A DNA stretch of 62,570 nt, filler included, from a bacterium (GTDB taxonomy: Bacteria; UBP15; UBA6099; JAJRTR01), in the NCBI GenBank assembly GCA_024278215.1. It is 7 parts of 7 records of this genome, joined end to end, with 100 filler letters (N's around TTAATTAATTAA, not from the genome) between each part and the next. Parts side by side here need not be neighbours in the genome. Positions count along the whole stretch, not along the records: positions 28,573 to 43,065 come from JAJRTR010000094.1; positions 43,166 to 49,307 come from JAJRTR010000098.1; positions 49,408 to 54,473 come from JAJRTR010000004.1; 4 more parts are not named here. One strand, 5' to 3'. The notes beneath the pieces are model-generated. The model had not been told where the DNA came from and searched no databases. It saw only the letters and a list, made by a program, of their open reading frames with translations. Shown here one piece after another: positions 39,125 to 50,605 of this stretch; the first letter of the stretch is position 1; the number at the start of each line of letters is the position of its first letter. A program made the position numbers and the translations under genes.

Positions 39125-40269
39125 AGCAGGTGCTGTTAGGCAACTTCGCGGTTGCGAGAGCCGTCGCGCTGGCCCGTGTGGATGTGATCTCGGCCTACCC
39201 GATCACTCCCCAGACGCTTATCGTCGAGGAACTTTCGGAAATGTGTGCGCGGGGCGATTGCGGGGCGAAGTTTATAAAAGTGGAATCCGAGCATTCGGCG
39301 CTGGCCTGTTGTATGGGTGCGTCCGCGGCGGGCGCACGCACATTCACCGCCACTTCGTCGCACGGACTGCTGCTGATGCACGAGATGATACACTGGTCGG
39401 CAGGCGCGCGCACTCCTATCGTCATGGTGAATGTAAACCGCGCCATCGCACCGCCCTGGAACCTGTGGTCGGAACAGACCGACAGCCTTTCGCAGCGCGA
39501 CACGGGCTGGATTCAACTATATTGCGAGAACAACCAGGAAGTGCTTGACACAACTCTCCATGCCTACAGAATCGCCGAACAACTGCGGGTGCCCGTGATG
39601 CTTGTAATGGACGCTTTCATCCTTTCGCACACATCCGAGGTCGTCGATGTACCGGACATCGCTCAGGTCGACAGGTTCCTGCCGCCGTACAATCCGGAAG
39701 TGAAGCTGGACCCGGCTGATCCGCATTCTTTCGGCAGCATCACAGGCGGCGCGGAGTACCAGGAACTGAAACGGATACGCCACGAAGCGATACTTAGGGC
39801 ACGGGATGTTGCACTTGAAGTCGACAGTGAGTTCGATGCGATATTCGGACGAAAATACGGGATTGTGCAACCGTACAGATGCGACGACGCGGAACTGATC
39901 CTGCTGACATCCGGCACGACCGCCGGAACAGCACGCATCGCCGTGGATGCGCTGCGCGAGGAGGGAGTCGCTGCGGGCACACTCAAGGTGCGGCTCTTCA
40001 GACCGTTCCCGGCGCATGCGATAGCCGAGGGGGTGGGCGACGCGCCGAAGGTGGCAGTGATAGACAGGAATGTGTCGCTCGGCGCTGGTGGAATATTCGC
40101 GCAGGAACTGAAGGCGGCGTTTTATGATATGGACCGGAGACCGGAGATTATCGGCATAGTGAGCGGGCTGGGCGGCGGCGACTTCACGCCGGAAGCAATA
40201 GCGAGGATTGCACACAATGCCGCAAGCGCAAAAGGCCGGCGCGGCGAAGCGGTATGGGAGGCTCTGTGA
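39121..40269 (+). CDS. 2-oxoacid:ferredoxin oxidoreductase alpha subunit
   Basis: AYPITPQT, ESEHSA, TATSSHGL, RPFP, GLGG. Confidence 0.94.
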   Translation: MKQVLLGNFAVARAVALARVDVISAYPITPQTLIVEELSEMCARGDCGAKFIKVESEHSALACCMGASAAGARTFTATSSHGLLLMHEMIHWSAGARTPIVMVNVNRAIAPPWNLWSEQTDSLSQRDTGWIQLYCENNQEVLDTTLHAYRIAEQLRVPVMLVMDAFILSHTSEVVDVPDIAQVDRFLPPYNPEVKLDPADPHSFGSITGGAEYQELKRIRHEAILRARDVALEVDSEFDAIFGRKYGIVQPYRCDDAELILLTSGTTAGTARIAVDALREEGVAAGTLKVRLFRPFPAHAIAEGVGDAPKVAVIDRNVSLGAGGIFAQELKAAFYDMDRRPEIIGIVSGLGGGDFTPEAIARIAHNAASAKGRRGEAVWEAL

Positions 40270-41162
40270 TGAATGTGACTGTCGAACAGGAATTCGTTTG
40301 CCGGGGCCATGTGGCGTGTCCGGGCTGCGGCGCGGTGCTCGCGATGCGGTATGTGCTCGATGTGCTCGGTAAAAAAACGATAGTCGTGCTGCCCGCGTGT
40401 TGCTGGTCGGTGATAAACAACCGCTATCCGACAGCAGCTGTGAAGGTGCCGCTTTTTCACACGGCGTTCGAGACGGCGGCATGTGTCGCCACGGGAGTGC
40501 GCGCCGCGCTCGATATGAAAGGCGACAACGATACGCATGTGCTGGCATGGGCGGGCGACGGCGGAACGTTTGATATCGGACTCCAGGCGCTCTCGGGCGC
40601 CGCGGAGCGTAACGACGACATCATCTACGTCTGCTACGACAACGAAGCGTATATGAATACGGGTATTCAGCGCAGTTCATCCACTCCGTTCGGCGCATGG
40701 ACGACGACCACGCCCGCAAAAACGTTTAAGACGAAACAGAAAAAGAATATCATGGATATAATGGCCGCCCACCGCATCCCCTACGCGGCTACCGCCACTA
40801 TCGCATATCCCGAGGACCTGATGAACAAAGTCCGATACGCGGCAGGCATTCGCGGCACACGGTTTCTCCATATATTCTGTCCGTGCCCGACCGGCTGGAA
40901 GACCGCGCCCGACATCACTGTCGAGCTTTCACGCAACGCGGTGCGCGCGCGCGCGTTTCCTCTATATGAAGTCTTCGACGGCACGAGATACCGGCTCACA
41001 CACGAACCGGCCCAGGAAGACAGGATGCCGATTGCGGAATACATAAAACCGCAAAGGCGTTTTGCCCATTTGACAGAGGCGGAAATCCAGGTAATGCAGG
41101 ATCACGCGGACGAGGAATGGGGCCGCCTGATGAAAGTGACCGAAACGTGGCCGGCGGGTTAA
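40269..41162 (+). CDS. 2-oxoacid:ferredoxin oxidoreductase beta subunit
   Basis: ACPGCG, GDGGTFDIG, DNEAYMNTGIQ, PCPTGW. Confidence 0.94.
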   Translation: MNVTVEQEFVCRGHVACPGCGAVLAMRYVLDVLGKKTIVVLPACCWSVINNRYPTAAVKVPLFHTAFETAACVATGVRAALDMKGDNDTHVLAWAGDGGTFDIGLQALSGAAERNDDIIYVCYDNEAYMNTGIQRSSSTPFGAWTTTTPAKTFKTKQKKNIMDIMAAHRIPYAATATIAYPEDLMNKVRYAAGIRGTRFLHIFCPCPTGWKTAPDITVELSRNAVRARAFPLYEVFDGTRYRLTHEPAQEDRMPIAEYIKPQRRFAHLTEAEIQVMQDHADEEWGRLMKVTETWPAG

Positions 41163-41236
41163 TGTCTCCGGTTTGCGTGAATCTGTGATTTCTAGAAAGC
41201 ATATAAAATACTCATTTGGGAGTACAGAAAAGGCAT

Positions 41237-41572
41237 CTAATCAGTTTGTAGTATATCAACAATCTTCCGGATAATTTCATCGAACTTGTTTTGTCTGAGG
41301 TGCCCGATTCGATAAAGAATGATATTCCGGTCGGCGGTAAAAATACGATTCGGTCTCGTGTTACTGTTTTGTTTTAGAGCGCCATTGTCGAAATCGGCAT
41401 CTTCAATTGAGACAGCGAATCTGTCACTGATATTTCTGCTGGTTATCTGGCAGAGGATATAATCGTCTCCATCAAGATCAGCGATTATAAGCGCCGGACG
41501 TCTCTTTGCCTGAGTCAAGTCGGAGAAGGGGAAAGGAACAACAACAACATCGCCTCTTATAAATTTTGCCAA
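41237..41572 (-). CDS. PemK/MazF-family toxin
   Basis: GDVVVVPFPFSD...KRRPAL, LCQITS. Confidence 0.92.
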   Translation of the reverse strand: MAKFIRGDVVVVPFPFSDLTQAKRRPALIIADLDGDDYILCQITSRNISDRFAVSIEDADFDNGALKQNSNTRPNRIFTADRNIILYRIGHLRQNKFDEIIRKIVDILQTD

Positions 41573-41760
41573 GCCTGCTCCTCCTCGGGGCTCAGCCAGT
41601 CTTTTCCGAGTGACGATTCACTTGCAATCGCGGTTCCTGATTTTTCCATGGAATTATCCGCCCTTAAGAAACGGATGAACTCCAGCACTTTTTCGACATG
41701 TGATTCCGGAAGCCGATCAATTTCCTTAATGATTGAATCCTTTCCAGACATTGCTTTCAC
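41557..41760 (-). CDS. DUF2281-like antitoxin
   Basis: LPE...VLEFIRFL, ASESSLGKDWLSPEEEQAWQNL; overlaps the toxin start. Confidence 0.85.
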   Translation of the reverse strand: MKAMSGKDSIIKEIDRLPESHVEKVLEFIRFLRADNSMEKSGTAIASESSLGKDWLSPEEEQAWQNL

Positions 41761-42039
41761 ATCCCTCGTTTTTTCAATTGACTTCCATGTAAGGCTTTAA
41801 TTTCTTCATTGTCTCATTTTACTTCAATCCGGGAGTTCTTTCCAGCACGTGGTTTTTATTTAGCCCGTAGAAATGGTCGGTGGGGAACCCTCTTGCAAGA
41901 AATTAGCAGTGTAAAGTATTTTCTGCGAAATTGGTGTATCCAAGCAAAGGGGAAGGTTGCCGCCCCCTCCCCCCGGGGGATTCGTATGTTTCACAAATTA
42001 CAGATCGCAAGATACGCAAGGCAATGGAAAGCGGCAGTT

Positions 42040-42356
42040 GGGAAGGTGTGAGTGGCCCGGGTTCCGCTCTTTATCATATCCATCCATGTTTCGCCGTTCT
42101 CGATCGACCCTCTCTTAAATGCAAGACGGAAAGTATCGAGGCTTCCGTAAATACCTGTCTCACTCTGCGCTTGAAAAAATCTTTTATGTCATTCCATGCG
42201 AGTTCATAAGTGTGCTCGAAAACATGTGTCAGCCCCCTGTTCTTCGAGTTTCGATAGCGGGCCTTGTTGCGAAAGAGCCACAGCCTCCCGCAATTGTGAA
42301 AGAACTTTGGAAAAATTACTGGATCGTTGAATCCAGCGGATGTCCTGGTCGCTCAT
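42040..42356 (-). pseudogene. HI0074-family HEPN (nucleotidyltransferase substrate-binding) pseudogene
   Basis: Manual translation: MSDQDIRWIQR...LSKLEEQG / FEHTYELAWNDIKDFF / GIYGSLDTFRLAFKRG...WMDMIKS. Two frameshifts; 3' boundary approximate. Confidence 0.82.
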
Positions 42357-42417
42357 ATATTATATTACTGAGTTTATCGAATACCGGCCCGGATCGACTC
42401 TACAGGCTTTCAGTAAT

Positions 42418-43065
42418 TCAATCCGGCATTGCGTCGAGCGCATCCTCGATGTAGAGTTGCGAGCCCTCTTCCGCGCTCAGGTCGATGCGTCGCGGCTCGG
42501 CAAGGTCTTTCCCTGACTCGTCTCTGATAATGTCGACAATCGGCCTGAATGGTGAGTTCTCTTTAACTCCCACTACTTTGCCTATTTCACCGGAATTAAG
42601 CAGCACGATTGTCTCGACCGGATAGACGGAAACTGTTGCGAGGAACAGGCGCATTACGTCGGGATCGAACCCCTGGCTTGATGTGATCGCCCTGAGCGCC
42701 TGGAGCGGACCCGACTGCTGGCGGTAGACGCGCGGCTCGCGGATCGCCGCGAAAACATCCGCTATCGCCAGCACTCGAGCGCCGATTGAAATCCCGTCGC
42801 CGCCAAGCCCTTCGGGGTATCCTTTCCCATCGTTTCTTTCATGGTGCTGGAAGACCGCGTCGATAGCGGACTGTGGGACATCGACCATCTCAGTGAGAAT
42901 ATCCTTGCTGTATGTCACATGCTTCTGTATCAGTGCGCGTTGCTCCTGTGAGAGTTTACCTTTGTGCTCCCATGTGGAAGCCGGGATAAGCATCATGCCG
43001 ACATCCGCCAGCAGGCCCGCGACACCGAGGCAGCGCAGGTCGGCTTCTCCAAAATCCATCTTCAT
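42418..43065 (-). CDS. HD-GYP domain protein (5'-partial at gap)
   Basis: QHHERNDGKGYP, AIADVF, PRVYR; the HD dyad reads LLADVG. Confidence 0.88.
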   Translation of the reverse strand: MKMDFGEADLRCLGVAGLLADVGMMLIPASTWEHKGKLSQEQRALIQKHVTYSKDILTEMVDVPQSAIDAVFQHHERNDGKGYPEGLGGDGISIGARVLAIADVFAAIREPRVYRQQSGPLQALRAITSSQGFDPDVMRLFLATVSVYPVETIVLLNSGEIGKVVGVKENSPFRPIVDIIRDESGKDLAEPRRIDLSAEEGSQLYIEDALDAMPD

Positions 43066-43165
43066 NNNNNNNNNNNNNNNNNNNNNNNNNNNNNNNNNNN
43101 NNNNNNNNNTTAATTAATTAANNNNNNNNNNNNNNNNNNNNNNNNNNNNNNNNNNNNNNNNNNNN

Positions 43166-43320
43166 AGCGAAAGCGCCTTATCCATAGAGATGGTAGCATT
43201 GAGATCGGAAGCGGAAGTGTTAGGGCTGTCTACTATTTCTATGATTTTATGCACAACCTGCGGCAATGTCGGTATGTCTTTGAGTCGGTCTATGACTCTC
43301 TGTACGGTTTTGTCATCCAT
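43166..43320 (-). CDS. HDOD domain protein (3'-partial at gap)
   Basis: DIPTLPQVV..I...SASDL...ISMDKALS. Confidence 0.8.
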
Positions 43321-43624
43321 CCTTATGTTCAAACTCCCTGGCTCTTTGTTCGAGCTTTTTTTTCACGAGTCTTGCTTCTTCAATACCCGCGTTCACCGAA
43401 GCGTACAGTCGTTCAATCTGGAAACCGGCAATTTTTGTTGTAGTCTGATAGGAATGTTTTGCCGATAACATCAGTTGTTGCGTTTTTTCTGTTTTATCCG
43501 CAACCACGTCCGTTATGTTTTTTCGCATTGTTTTTCCGTCGGTCGGCGCATACAACAGCCCGGCGATGGTCCCGGTAATAAAACCTGATGCAATTGCTGT
43601 GAAAAACTTCCAGTCGTATCTCAT
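43313..43624 (-). CDS. YtxH domain protein
   Basis: GFITGTIAGLLYAPTDGKTMR. Confidence 0.82.
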   Translation of the reverse strand: MRYDWKFFTAIASGFITGTIAGLLYAPTDGKTMRKNITDVVADKTEKTQQLMLSAKHSYQTTTKIAGFQIERLYASVNAGIEEARLVKKKLEQRAREFEHKDG

Positions 43625-43630
43625 TTTCGG

Positions 43631-44059
43631 TTATTTCGTTTTCTCTTCCTGTTTTTCGGAGCCGTTGCCACCGTATTCGTTCCATGTTTCAATTGCTTTT
43701 CTGGCTCCGGCGGAAATGCTGTGCAGGTTCGACAACGTCGGCACTACTGTTTTATCTATCATGTTCATTGACGAGCGGACATCGGACGAGATGCTCTCGA
43801 CATTTTCTACAATGCTGTCAAGTTTATCCATATTATCGCCGATTCGTTTTGTCATCAGGTTGATATCGTCAATGGATTTCTGAAGCATATCAACCGTGGA
43901 ATGTACGTTGTAATCTACTGTTTCTATCAATTTTTTCAAGGAAACGGAACTGCTGATAAGGGATTTTGCCAGCCAGTACAGCGTAAGCGAAACTGTCACG
44001 CCGGCAAGAGCTATGACTACGAGTGCAACCTTCAGAAATGGCGCAGCAGATTCTGCCAT
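43631..44059 (-). CDS. DUF948-like membrane-anchored coiled-coil protein
   Basis: N-terminal TM helix plus heptad repeats; typical pairing with YtxH. Confidence 0.7.
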   Translation of the reverse strand: MAESAAPFLKVALVVIALAGVTVSLTLYWLAKSLISSSVSLKKLIETVDYNVHSTVDMLQKSIDDINLMTKRIGDNMDKLDSIVENVESISSDVRSSMNMIDKTVVPTLSNLHSISAGARKAIETWNEYGGNGSEKQEEKTK

Positions 44060-44109
44060 ATCGATTTATTTTACCTTTTGAGGTCCAATTTTTCAATCAG
44101 TACTATCAT

Positions 44110-44137
44110 TTATCGGCAATACCGACCGTAAGCTGTA
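44110..44137 (-). promoter_or_regulatory. Possible sigma28-type promoter
   Basis: Minus strand TACA-N16-GCCGATAA, about 50 bp upstream of 44059. Confidence 0.5.
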
Positions 44138-44338
44138 TGTTCTATAGTAATAAATGTTTTGTATTTCATAAAGGTTTCTTCAAGATAAAGTTTATATTTG
44201 GTTCTTCGCTGAATCGTCCATCAGCGTTGATATGACTGTAGATCGTGTGCCGTGCTCAAACCGCATTTGTTTGGGCACGAAAATACGACCTCTTTAGTTC
44301 CGGCTACGCCGGGTCAGGGTTTTCGTTCAAGCACTAAC

Positions 44339-44435
44339 TTTTCGCTCGACCTCGCCACGAACATAATTTTTCAACCGGCTCTTTCATATATTCGTCATTA
44401 ATTATATATTTTCTGGTTAAGAGCCAATTGCAAAA
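44339..44435. mobile_element. MITE end fragments (44339-44381 and solo TIR 44421-44435)
   Basis: TTCGCTCGACCTCGCCACGAACATAATTTTTCAACCGGCTC and GAGCCAATTGCAAAA. Confidence 0.7.
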
Positions 44436-44450
44436 GGCGGGAGCCGACAA

Positions 44451-45149
44451 ATGAGTAGCCATTTTAATATTAATGAAGCAATAAAAGCGGGAACAATGGG
44501 ATTGATAGCAAGTCTTCCGCGAAACGATGTCGAGCTTGCTCGTGCTGCCGAGCGCGGCGGTGCGGATATGCTGAAGGTGCATCTGAATGTGCGACATGCC
44601 GCAAGCGGCACATATTTCGGCTCGCTCGACGAGGAGAAGGAACGCATCGAGTCGATTATCGACGCTGTGGATATTCCTGTAGGGATAATGCCCGGTTCTG
44701 AAGTCACGGCGACTCTCGATGAGATGCGGCGGCTCGAGGATATGGGCGTTTCATTCTACGATATTTACGCAAAGGATATGCCGGCGGAATATCTCGATCT
44801 TGATAAAATGGCACCGATGGCCGCCCTCAGCGAAAGCTGGAAACACTGGGAATCCAACCACATCGCGGCAATGGGCATAAATATGCTTGAAGCTTCCATC
44901 GTCCCGCATACCGAATATGGAAACCCGCTTGTCTTATCCGATCTTTTGGCATATTCTTACCTTGTAGACCAGTTCAGCGGCATCGTGATTGTGCCGACGC
45001 AGAAAGCGATCAAACCTGCTGAAGTGAGATTACTGGACAGGGCTGGTGTCAGGGGCCTGATGATAGGCAGGATTGTCACGGGCGACACACCGGAGTCTTT
45101 CGAAAAAACAACTGCCGCTTTTGCCGCAGCTATTGAGGATGTTTTTTAA
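44451..45149 (+). CDS. Conserved hypothetical protein, probable TIM barrel
   Basis: SLPRND, GADMLKVHLNV, VPTQK, GLMIG.IVTG. Confidence 0.7.
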   Translation: MSSHFNINEAIKAGTMGLIASLPRNDVELARAAERGGADMLKVHLNVRHAASGTYFGSLDEEKERIESIIDAVDIPVGIMPGSEVTATLDEMRRLEDMGVSFYDIYAKDMPAEYLDLDKMAPMAALSESWKHWESNHIAAMGINMLEASIVPHTEYGNPLVLSDLLAYSYLVDQFSGIVIVPTQKAIKPAEVRLLDRAGVRGLMIGRIVTGDTPESFEKTTAAFAAAIEDVF

Positions 45150-45161
45150 TATATAGATTCT

Positions 45162-45950
45162 ATGCATCCGGTTCTTTATACCATAAATGCTTTTGAGCTG
45201 TTTGGCAGGACCCTGGGGCCGCTCTATATTCACGCATACGGCGTTATGCTCGCGCTGGCGTTTCTGTCGGGCATGTTGCTGGCTGTCAGAGAGGCAAAGC
45301 AATATGGCGTAAGCGCTGACACGATAATCGACATGATGATATACATCATCGTCTTCAGCATCATCGGCGCACGGATTATGTTTGTTCTGCTGTCTCCTCA
45401 GGAATATATCGGTGATCCGTTATCGTCGCTCAAAGTATACGAGGGCGGACTTTCCTTCCATGGCGGTGCCATCGGCGGTACGCTTGCGGTAATCCTGTAT
45501 TCGAAATTGAAAAAGGTGTCTGTGTGGACTTTGGCGGACATCTGTGTGCCGGGACTTGTGCTGGGCGCTGCCGTCGCACGCATTGGCTGTTTTCTTAACG
45601 GCTGCTGCTACGGATGCGCAACGAATGTTCCCTGGGCTATTGTGTTCCCGAACCTGCACGACGGCATTCCACGCCACCCGGCGATGCTCTATGACCTCGC
45701 GCTGAATCTTGTACTGCTCGGCGTACTTTTCGCGCTGAAACCATATCGAAAAAGACGGGGCGACCTGCTTGCATACTATTTCATAGGGTTCTCCATCCTG
45801 CGGTTTATTACCGAGATTTTCAGGAAGGGCGCCACGGGGAGAGTGTTCCTGCTGGGGCTGACTATGGCGCAATGGGCGAGTTTCGGCATATTCGCGCTGG
45901 GTCTTGCGCTTCTCTTCCTGCGCCCGCCCGACAAAAAAACAAATGATTGA
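45162..45950 (+). CDS. lgt: Prolipoprotein diacylglyceryl transferase
   Basis: YGVM, GAR, GGLSFHGG, RIGCFLNGCCYG, HPAMLY. Confidence 0.95.
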   Translation: MHPVLYTINAFELFGRTLGPLYIHAYGVMLALAFLSGMLLAVREAKQYGVSADTIIDMMIYIIVFSIIGARIMFVLLSPQEYIGDPLSSLKVYEGGLSFHGGAIGGTLAVILYSKLKKVSVWTLADICVPGLVLGAAVARIGCFLNGCCYGCATNVPWAIVFPNLHDGIPRHPAMLYDLALNLVLLGVLFALKPYRKRRGDLLAYYFIGFSILRFITEIFRKGATGRVFLLGLTMAQWASFGIFALGLALLFLRPPDKKTND

Positions 45951-45991
45951 GCCGATTGTAATATTCTGATTCTGTTGCGTCCGGCTGCAAT
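45949..45991 (-). mobile_element. MITE end fragment overlapping the lgt stop codon
   Basis: T|GAGCCGATTGTAATATTCTGATTCTGTTGCGTCCGGCTGCAAT. Confidence 0.7.
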
Positions 45992-46024
45992 CGACTCGAA
46001 TGAAATAAAAATGGATGTTATATT

Positions 46025-48424
<2,400 letters not shown>

Positions 48425-48425
48425 T

Positions 48426-49307
48426 ATGGCCGCCTTTCCTGCTGGAACAGGCCGCGCAGGGAAAGGGATCAACACATGGGGCTTCGTGACGTTTTGCGCG
48501 GTTTTTCTCATAATTTCTTCTTTTATAGCCTGGTTTGCCGTGGGCAGGTTGTCGACCGGCAAAGTCGCTTACTCCGAAAACGCGGCCCCGCCCCATAACG
48601 ATGCCCTCACTATTGCGGGCGTCGCGGGTTCGGAACCGCCGCCGGAAATACACATTCCCGACAAAGACCCCTATTCGGTGCTGCCGCCGCTGGGCAATTA
48701 TTCCGACGACTCGCGCAATTCGGGCAACTCGGACCGGGAACCACGCAGCAGCACAGTCGCCGGGAAAAATCAGCACAAAAAAAATGATTCAAAACCCGCC
48801 GCTGCCGTTTCCTCACAAAAAAAGAAAAAAACTGCTCCAGCCTCTAACAAAGCATCCACAGCAAAGAAGAAAAACATATCAAAACCTTTCAAAAAGACAG
48901 CTCTGCAACCTTCCACTTCTGTAAAAATTACAAAATCTCCGCAATCTCCGTTTAATGTAAAATCCGGCAATGTACCACCTTCAAATACCTATGTAAATTC
49001 TAAAAAACAACTCGAGATCACTCCAACAAAACTCGTTTCGCTCAAAGATTTTCGGGCCGATCCTGAAACCGGTGTGCCGGTCAGGGACTCCAACTATGAA
49101 AGGAAACTGGCTGCGGCACCGGGTGAGCGAACCGTAGTGCAGCACGTCGGCAGTGATTACACGGATGCCGGTTCTCCGAAGTGGTACACGGTGAAAGTCG
49201 GCATTACCGAAAGCAAAATCAGGGCCGATGTGCTACGTGATGTGCTTCAGAATCAGGGATTCGGACTTGCGCGCACAAAGCAGAGCGCGGACGGCAACTG
49301 GTATGTG
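48426..49307 (+). CDS. SPOR-domain membrane protein (3'-partial at gap)
   Basis: TM helix, low-complexity linker, WYTVKVG...WYV. Confidence 0.7.
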
Positions 49308-49407
49308 NNNNNNNNNNNNNNNNNNNNNNNNNNNNNNNNNNNNNNNNNNNNTTAATTAATTAANNNNNNNNNNNNNNNNNNNNNNNNNNNNNNNNNNNNN
49401 NNNNNNN

Positions 49408-50274
49408 ATTCCGATAAAGTATCCCGGCATTGAAGTTGCCAGGCGACACCTTGCCAAAATACTCGATATCGAGTTCGTTGATGTTAAATTCGGCTGTTGC
49501 CCCGCGCCGACAGGCCTGAAGGAACTTCATTTCGACGCGTGGCTGGCTCTTGCCGCCCGCAATCTCTGTCTCGCCGAGGAAAAAGAACTCGACATCGTCA
49601 CGCTCTGCTCGGGATGCACAAACACATTGCGTGAAACAAACAGTATTCTCGGCAGAGATGAAAAGAAAAGGCTTTTCGTTCATGACATCCTGGAGAAACA
49701 CGGCAAAGAGTTTCAGGGCACGATGAAAATATTTCACCTTCCCGCTCTGTTGTCCCAGGACGAATTTCTCGATCTGATAGAAAAGAAAATAGAGCGCCCG
49801 CTCGAGGGCATGAGAGTAGGCACTCACTATGGCTGTCACTACTTCAGACCGCATGATATTATGCTGGACGAACAGACCGACCCGGAACACCCGCTGCCCG
49901 AACATCTCGAGATTATACTCGAATCGCTCGGTGCCGAAGTGGTCGAGTACAACCGGCAGGACCTCTGCTGCGGCGCGGCCCTTGGGATCAACACAGGAAA
50001 ATCCGAAGAAGCGCTTCAGATCACCGCCGAAAAACACAACTGTATGAACGAAGCCGGGCTCGACGCGCTTGTCGTTACGTGTCCCACATGTTTCACACAG
50101 TTTGATACCGGGCAAGTACTCATGCGCCGCAAAAACAAGTCGCTTCGTGTATTTCCAATATATCATATCGCCGAGCTTGTCGCCTTTGCGCTTGGCGCCG
50201 ACCCCGCTCACCTCAATTTAAAAACCCACAAGATAAAAACGAATCTTCCTGTTGAGCCAATTTTAAAATTCTGA
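49408..50274 (+). CDS. hdrB: Heterodisulfide reductase subunit B-like CCG protein (5'-partial at gap)
   Basis: YPGIE, GCCP, ARNL, LCSGC, HYGCH, LCCG, TCPTCF.QFD. Confidence 0.88.
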   Translation: MPIKYPGIEVARRHLAKILDIEFVDVKFGCCPAPTGLKELHFDAWLALAARNLCLAEEKELDIVTLCSGCTNTLRETNSILGRDEKKRLFVHDILEKHGKEFQGTMKIFHLPALLSQDEFLDLIEKKIERPLEGMRVGTHYGCHYFRPHDIMLDEQTDPEHPLPEHLEIILESLGAEVVEYNRQDLCCGAALGINTGKSEEALQITAEKHNCMNEAGLDALVVTCPTCFTQFDTGQVLMRRKNKSLRVFPIYHIAELVAFALGADPAHLNLKTHKIKTNLPVEPILKF

Positions 50275-50432
50275 TTCGGCTGCGGTCGGCTGCAATTGTC
50301 CATAGCTGCGTTGTCGGCACAAAATCTTCCTCGACGTACTCTACAAGTACGCCTGCGGAGATTTTGCACCTCCGTCTTGATTCCGATCAATTTCGCTCGA
50401 CCTCGCTTCGAACATAATTTTGCAACTGACTC
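50254..50432 (-). mobile_element. Full-length MITE copy (179 bp)
   Basis: TIRs GAGCCAATTTTAAAATT / AATTTTGCAACTGACTC; flanked by TGTT on both sides. Confidence 0.92.
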
Positions 50433-50605
50433 TGTTGAATAATAACTTGCCGCGCCTTGTATCATGGGCATTCCCGCGATTCCAGCCAGCACAGGTGAAG
50501 TATGCGGGATAACGGAAACATCTCCTGAAATATCCGAAAAACCACATGTTTTTTACGCGATGTATTATAAAAACAAAACGCAACAGCTAAAATTAACACA
50601 TTGTT

